Assembly (NCBI GenBank): GCA_964425325.1 | Contig: CAYRLX010000002.1 | Coordinates: 14,611-78,610 of the forward strand | Reading direction: 5' to 3' | DNA: 64,000 bases | Source of the DNA: an uncultured Muribaculaceae bacterium | Lineage (GTDB): Bacteria; Bacillota_I; Bacilli_A; RF39; UBA660 | Part shown: positions 58,531-64,000 of the stretch, in pieces | How the letters are laid out: every line of letters begins with the position of its first letter | How positions within the stretch are numbered: the first letter of the stretch is position 1 | Made by a program: the position numbers and the translations under genes | The notes under the pieces: model-generated | The model's input: only the letters and a program-made list of their open reading frames with translations | Databases searched by the model: none | Told to the model about the DNA's origin: nothing

Positions 58531-60900
58531 TTATTTATCTCTAAGTTCAGCTCCAAGCTCTTTCTCGCATTTTTTAATAATATTATTAAATACCTCCATT
58601 ACCTCTTCTTCGCTAAGTGTTCTGTCATCAGAAGAAAAAGTTAAAGAATAAGCAATAGATTTTTTAGAAGAACCTACCTTCTCACCTGTATATACATCAA
58701 AAATATGAATATCAGTAAGAAGTCTTCCACCAGCTTTTTTAATAACATTAGAAACCAAATAAGAATCTAATTCCTTATCTACTATAAAAGCCAAATCTTT
58801 TTTAATTTCAGGATATTTAGATGCAGCCTTAAATTTAAGAGGTTTAACATCGCCCATCAAAGCATTCAAACTAATCTCACAAACATAAACATCATCTTTC
58901 ATATCACTTGGATGAACTCTTCCCAAAATTCCAATTTGTTTCCTGTCAAGCATTATACTTGCACTCACACCAGGATGCATATTAGGAATATCACCTTTAG
59001 AAAAACTATATCTATTTTTAAATCCTAAATAATCTAATACATTTGTAACTATACCTTTTAAAAGATAAAAATCTACTGGTATTTTAATGCCTTGCCACTC
59101 ATTTATTAAATAATTACCTTTCATTAAAATAGCAATCTTACTCTCTTCTTTATAATCCTTATCATAAGTCTTACTAATTTCATAAATCATAATATCATCT
59201 ATCTTACGAGCTTTATTATAATTATAAACATTAATCAAAGAAGGAATCAAAGTAGTTCTAATAACAGATTTATCCACACTCATTGGATTAGGAAGTAATG
59301 CATTTTCTCTTCTATCATATTTAAACATTTTAGCCATAGAAGGAGAAACCAATGTGTAAGTTTTACATTCACTAAGTCCCAAACTTCTTAAACGCTTAGA
59401 AATTATTTTTCTATATTTAACATCCCCTACATACTGCCCTTTTCTAGTAGAACAAATAGGTAAAGTAGAAACCAAATTATTATAGCCATAAAGCCTTCCA
59501 ACTTCTTCAGCAATATCATTTACATTAGAATCAATATCGAGTCTTCTATTTGGAATAGTAACCTTAAATTTACCTTTTTTATATTCAAAAGGAAAATCTA
59601 AACGGTCAAGCTCAGTTTTAACATCATCATCAGTTAATGTAATACCAAGCATATCATTTATCTCATAAGTCTCAAATTCAGTAATTTTAGGAGTTTTATC
59701 AATTTTATCGTAAACTACAGTATCAGACAAAACTTGAGCACCAGCATATTTTTCTAGTAAATAGCACGCCCTTTCAATAGCCATTTCTGTATATTCAAAG
59801 TTAAGTCCTTTACCAAAACGAATGGAAGACTCACTCCTTAAATCTAAATTAGCTGCTGTATATCTTACACTAACAGGATCGAAAATCGCACTTTCGATTA
59901 CTATATCTTTTGTATCATCAGTAACCTCTGTATTTTCTCCTCCCATAACACCAGCTATAGCAACACTTCTTTTTCCATCAGAAATTACAATATCAGATTT
60001 CTTAAGACTTCTCTCTACCCCATCTAAAGTAGTAATCATTTCATCTTCTTTAGCATCCCTAACAACTATTTTATCTCCTAAAGTATTCTTATCAAAGAAA
60101 TGAAGAGGCTGACCATATTCAAGCATAACATAATTAGAAATATCAACTACATTATTAATACTTCTCATTCCATAAGCACTAAGTCTTCTTTTAATAAACT
60201 CTGGGCTTTCCCCTATTTTAACTCCTTTAACCATCTTGGCTAAATAATAAGGACATTTTTTAGTTTTAACATCCACACTAATATAATCTTTAACACTCTC
60301 TTTAATTGGATGAGTTTTACTTGTAGGAAGAGTTACCTTTCTATTTAAAATAGATGCAATTTCATAAGCAAATCCAATATGATAATAACAATCGTTATTC
60401 TTATGTTTATGAATATCAAGCTCATATAAAGTATCGTCTTTTCCTAAATACTTAAGTCCATCCATCCCAATAGGAGCATCATCAGGTAGTTCCTCTATTC
60501 CATGCTCATAAGCTTCATCAGAATAAGCTTCTAACCCAAGCTCATATAAAGCACATATCATACCATTAGACTCTACTCCGCGAATCTTACTTTTTTTAAT
60601 CTCACCACCTGGTAAAATAGCTCCAGGAAGAGATACCAAAACTTTCAAACCTTCTCTAACATTAGAAGCTCCGCAAACAATTTGTAAAGTCTTATCTCCT
60701 ATATTAACATCACAAACATGTAAGTGATCAGAATTTGGATGATCTTCGCATTTTACTATTTGACCAACAACTAAATTATCAATGTGATTACTTATAACCT
60801 TCTCAACATTAATTCCAGCCTTAGTTATCTTAACCGCAAGTTCATTTAAATCTTGGTCAGAAATATCAATATAATCACTTACCCACTCTAAATCTATCAT
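58531..60900 (-). CDS. pheT: phenylalanyl-tRNA synthetase beta subunit
   Basis: 789 aa with N-terminal tRNA-binding, B3/4, B5 and C-terminal class II-like domains. Confidence 0.9.
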   Translation of the reverse strand: MIDLEWVSDYIDISDQDLNELAVKITKAGINVEKVISNHIDNLVVGQIVKCEDHPNSDHLHVCDVNIGDKTLQIVCGASNVREGLKVLVSLPGAILPGGEIKKSKIRGVESNGMICALYELGLEAYSDEAYEHGIEELPDDAPIGMDGLKYLGKDDTLYELDIHKHKNNDCYYHIGFAYEIASILNRKVTLPTSKTHPIKESVKDYISVDVKTKKCPYYLAKMVKGVKIGESPEFIKRRLSAYGMRSINNVVDISNYVMLEYGQPLHFFDKNTLGDKIVVRDAKEDEMITTLDGVERSLKKSDIVISDGKRSVAIAGVMGGENTEVTDDTKDIVIESAIFDPVSVRYTAANLDLRSESSIRFGKGLNFEYTEMAIERACYLLEKYAGAQVLSDTVVYDKIDKTPKITEFETYEINDMLGITLTDDDVKTELDRLDFPFEYKKGKFKVTIPNRRLDIDSNVNDIAEEVGRLYGYNNLVSTLPICSTRKGQYVGDVKYRKIISKRLRSLGLSECKTYTLVSPSMAKMFKYDRRENALLPNPMSVDKSVIRTTLIPSLINVYNYNKARKIDDIMIYEISKTYDKDYKEESKIAILMKGNYLINEWQGIKIPVDFYLLKGIVTNVLDYLGFKNRYSFSKGDIPNMHPGVSASIMLDRKQIGILGRVHPSDMKDDVYVCEISLNALMGDVKPLKFKAASKYPEIKKDLAFIVDKELDSYLVSNVIKKAGGRLLTDIHIFDVYTGEKVGSSKKSIAYSLTFSSDDRTLSEEEVMEVFNNIIKKCEKELGAELRDK

Positions 60901-61934
60901 TAGTTAGACTCCTTTCTATCAAATTTTCTGTTTTCCCTCAAATCATTAGTATAAAAAACTCTTAAATCATCTATACCATACTTAACCATAGCTAAGCGTT
61001 CAGCACCAAAGCCAAAAGCAAATCCCTGCCACTTCTTAGGATCATAATTACAGTTTTTTAAAACATTAGGATGAACCATACCAGCGCCGCCAATAGTAAT
61101 CCAACCAGTATTTTTACAAATACTGCATCCTTCTCCCTTACAGTGATGACAAATTATATCCATCTCAACAGAAGGCTCAGTAAATGGATAATAACTAGGT
61201 CTAAAACGAGTATCTGTATCAGAGCCAAATAAACTTTTAGCTATTACATCAAAAGTACCTTTTAAATCAGATAAACTTACCTTTTTATCAACAATTAACC
61301 CCTCTATCTGCATAAACTGATGTGAATGAGTCGCATCATCATCATCTCTTCTGTAAGTCTTGCCAGGACATATCATACGAATAGGCTCTTCTCCCTTACC
61401 TTTAAGCATACATCTAATCTGAACAGGAGAAGTTTGACTTCTAAGAAGAAGCTCTTCACCTTTTACATAAAAAGAATCTTGTGCATCTCTAGCAGGATGT
61501 CCCTTAGGTAAATTAAGCATCTCAAAATTATACTCATCCTTTTCAATTTCAGGTCCATCAACTACATCATAGCCCATACTCATACATACTTCTTCAACTT
61601 CTTCGACCATCTTCTCAACTATATTTGGTTTTCCCATTGGAATACTTAAACCAGGCAAACTTATATCGATACTTTCATTTTTAAGCTTAGAATCTAGTAA
61701 TTTTTTCTCAATCTCTTCTCTTTTACTATCCAGTAAATCATTAGCCTCATTTTTAATTTTATTAAGCTTCATTCCAAATTCTTTTTTCTTTTCATTTGCT
61801 ATTTCTTTCATTTTAAGTGAAAGAGAACTAATACTACCTTTTTTACCAAGATATTTAGCTTTTAACTCACTTAATTCTTGAATACTTTTTACTGAAGTAA
61901 TTTCCTTTTTCAAATTTTTAATAATATCTTCCAT
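60900..61934 (-). CDS. pheS: phenylalanyl-tRNA synthetase alpha subunit
   Basis: Class II motifs FRPSYYPFTEPS and GFAFGFGAERLAM. Confidence 0.9.
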   Translation of the reverse strand: MEDIIKNLKKEITSVKSIQELSELKAKYLGKKGSISSLSLKMKEIANEKKKEFGMKLNKIKNEANDLLDSKREEIEKKLLDSKLKNESIDISLPGLSIPMGKPNIVEKMVEEVEEVCMSMGYDVVDGPEIEKDEYNFEMLNLPKGHPARDAQDSFYVKGEELLLRSQTSPVQIRCMLKGKGEEPIRMICPGKTYRRDDDDATHSHQFMQIEGLIVDKKVSLSDLKGTFDVIAKSLFGSDTDTRFRPSYYPFTEPSVEMDIICHHCKGEGCSICKNTGWITIGGAGMVHPNVLKNCNYDPKKWQGFAFGFGAERLAMVKYGIDDLRVFYTNDLRENRKFDRKESN

Positions 61935-61944
61935 AATATCCTCC

Positions 61945-62180
61945 TTTAAATTTAAAAAAAATCACATCCAAATAAGGACGTGATTTACGTGGTACCACCT
62001 TAATTCGTAAGTATAAACCTACCTCAAAAAGTTATAACGTACTCCTACGATATGTCTTTAAACAATAGCTAAGAAAGTGAATTCCTAAAAGATTATTTAC
62101 TAGCCTCTCACCTAACGCTAGCTCTCTTAAAATAAGAGCTTAAAGTACTACTCTTTCCTCATCGCTTTTAAAAGTATAAA
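61945..62180 (-). promoter_or_regulatory. T-box riboswitch leader with a Phe (UUC) specifier, upstream of pheST
   Basis: On the minus strand: ...GGAAUUCAc (UUC plus A), then AAUUAAGGUGGUACCACG (T-box, rc of 61988-62005), then the terminator aaaucacguccuuauuuggaugugauuuuuuuu. Confidence 0.75.
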
Positions 62181-62228
62181 TAAATTATAGCACATTTAAA
62201 ATAAAAAGCAAGAAAAAAAACAGATAAA

Positions 62229-62507
62229 TTATCTATTCATCTGCACATTAACACTATTTACATTATTAATATTACTAATACTTTGAGTTACTTCTTGAGC
62301 AAGCTCATCCCCTAAAATAACACCCAAAGGATATAAATCAATTTCTCTACGTACTTCTTCGTTTAAATTACCTAAACTAACCAAATTATTAGCAAAAGCA
62401 ACTTTTCCATCACTTGCACCATTACATCGCTTATAATATTCACTATTTGTTCTTTCATTAATACCAAGTAAAACACTATTATTCATATTATTTAGCCTCC
62501 GCTTCAA
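62229..62507 (-). CDS. hypothetical protein (92 aa)
   Basis: ORF, overlapped by 20 nt by the upstream ORF. Confidence 0.4.
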   Translation of the reverse strand: MKRRLNNMNNSVLLGINERTNSEYYKRCNGASDGKVAFANNLVSLGNLNEEVRREIDLYPLGVILGDELAQEVTQSISNINNVNSVNVQMNR

Positions 62508-63021
62508 TCATTGCTTTTAAAAGTCTCTCTGAATCATTATTAAAATAAGCTTCATAAAAAGTATTCTCACCAATTATCTTACTTATTAAATTAGTCATAA
62601 CAATTTCATCGGTAAAGAAATTATCTTCAACATCACCAACCAAAAAATTAGTAACTATTTCAGTATAACCTTCATTTAAAGCAACAAAAGTATCATCTGC
62701 ATTATTAAATCCATAATAATTATCTTTAGCTGTTATAATACCAAGTAGTGCATGCATTAGCCAATGCTTCGCATCACACTCCTCAAACCTTGGAACATTA
62801 ATTATAATTTCATTATTAAATGGCTTGTATTCACACGGAAGTTTAGCCAAATACATACTCTCCCTTTTTATTTTTAAACTCTTAAGGCGCATCTTTAAAG
62901 TATCCAAATTAACATCTTTAAAATTAGAGATAAAAATATTTATTAACTCAAGTAAATTATCTTTAACTTCAGCTGTTAAATTAGGATTTTCATCAAGTAT
63001 ATTTTTAAATTCCTCGATCAT
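62488..63021 (-). CDS. hypothetical protein (177 aa)
   Basis: ORF only. Confidence 0.45.
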   Translation of the reverse strand: MIEEFKNILDENPNLTAEVKDNLLELINIFISNFKDVNLDTLKMRLKSLKIKRESMYLAKLPCEYKPFNNEIIINVPRFEECDAKHWLMHALLGIITAKDNYYGFNNADDTFVALNEGYTEIVTNFLVGDVEDNFFTDEIVMTNLISKIIGENTFYEAYFNNDSERLLKAMIEAEAK

Positions 63022-63273
63022 AAATCTTTCACCTAAAACGATTATAACATAATGAAGATTTTTTGTATATCATTTTTTTACTTTTTTTTGACGTTTTTTT
63101 TACACTTTCCTAATTTTACTTTACAAAACCCCTTATTTTTAAACACTTTTCCACACACATATGTGGATAAAACTTTTTAACACCATTATGTTAATAATTT
63201 ATTTTACATAATAACAATCTTATTAATTTACTTATATATTTATAAATGGTAAAATAATACATAGGTGATTTTT

Positions 63274-64000
63274 ATGAAACAAAAGTTTTTACCAATCATT
63301 TTAGGAACAGATGCGAATGCTTATGGACTAGCTAGATCATTCTATGAACAGTATAATATCAAATCCTTAAGCCTAGGAGTAACGCAGCTAATAGAAACTA
63401 AAAATAGTAAAATAATAGATGTAATAATATATAAAGATTTAAAAGAAAATTTTAAAGAAATAATGAAACAAATAGGAAAAGAATATAAAGAAAAATATGA
63501 TAAACTAATCTTACTATCATGTGCTGAATGGTATACAGACCTAATAGTAACAAATAGAAAAGAATTAGAAAAATATTTTATTCTTCCATTCATGAATAAG
63601 AATTTAAAAGATAAATTAGAAGATAAAGAATCATTTTATAACATATGTGAAAAATATAATTTAGACTACCCTAAAACATACATCGTAACAAGACAAAACT
63701 ATGGTAATATAAATTTACCTTTTTCTTATCCAGTAGCTTTAAAGCCATCAAGTTCAACTGAATATTCAAAAGTAAATTTCGAAGGAAAAGAAAAAAGCTA
63801 CAAAGTAAATAATGAAAAAGAACTAAAACAAATTATAAATAACATATATAAAGCAAATTATAACTCAAACATAATAGTTCAAGATTTTATCCCCGGAGAA
63901 GACGACACCATGTACGTAATGAACTGCTACTCAAATAAAGATGGAAAAGTAAAAATGATGTGTCTAGGAAGATGCATCCTAGAAGAACATACACCATACG
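63274..64000 (+). CDS. ATP-grasp domain protein. N-terminal 242 codons only; it continues past the window end.
   Basis: GGTGA RBS. PFSYPVALKPSSS and IIVQDFIPGEDDTMYVMNCY are ATP-grasp segments. Absent from the ORF track because no stop falls inside the window. Confidence 0.55.
   Translation, partial: MKQKFLPIILGTDANAYGLARSFYEQYNIKSLSLGVTQLIETKNSKIIDVIIYKDLKENFKEIMKQIGKEYKEKYDKLILLSCAEWYTDLIVTNRKELEKYFILPFMNKNLKDKLEDKESFYNICEKYNLDYPKTYIVTRQNYGNINLPFSYPVALKPSSSTEYSKVNFEGKEKSYKVNNEKELKQIINNIYKANYNSNIIVQDFIPGEDDTMYVMNCYSNKDGKVKMMCLGRCILEEHTPY

Overview
This 64 kb window is from a very AT-rich, low-GC Firmicute chromosome. Gene content and codon usage look Clostridium-like. Almost every gene between 0.9 and 31 kb lies on the minus strand.

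Housekeeping genes present: the gatC start, eight tRNA genes, metK, a class I fructose-bisphosphate aldolase, a MarR/glutathione-peroxidase/thioredoxin/thioredoxin-reductase redox cluster, gltX, an LCP-family protein, pheS-pheT, a P-type cation ATPase, a NagZ-type hexosaminidase and an NlpC/P60 peptidase. Three cis-regulatory RNAs are readable directly. A T-box leader with a candidate Asn codon precedes two tRNA-Asn genes and gatC. A T-box leader with a Phe UUC specifier precedes pheST. A SAM-I riboswitch precedes metK.

Accessory content is what stands out:
(a) A block at 0.9-11.5 kb holds about 13 co-oriented, often overlapping, mostly uncharacterised ORFs. They include a complete ClpP-family protease coupled to a SpoVK/CbbX-type AAA+ ATPase, a TraG/VirD4-like P-loop ATPase, a HIT hydrolase, a histidine phosphatase and a small AraC regulator.
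(b) Next to tRNA-Glu at 12.0-15.5 kb is a tandem array of three single-ORF cassettes. Each is bounded by a 23-25 bp copy of the tRNA-Glu 3' end plus a hairpin, with TTGACA boxes and 11-bp iterons on both sides of the ORF.
(c) An ADP-ribose/NAD-related operon at 17.6-24.8 kb encodes an ADP-ribosylglycohydrolase, a CinA/PncC C-domain protein, two kinase-like proteins and large unknowns.
(d) A tRNA-Gly gene is duplicated together with its promoter around a two-gene cargo.
(e) A LemA / DUF3137-like / GCS2-like (YbdK-type) carboxylate-amine ligase module at 54-58.5 kb is driven by three copies of an identical palindrome-containing promoter-operator, and carries a frameshifted pseudogene fragment.
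(f) An SOS box precedes a yolD-like and Y-family polymerase pair.

No CRISPR array, rRNA, integrase or transposase could be supported.
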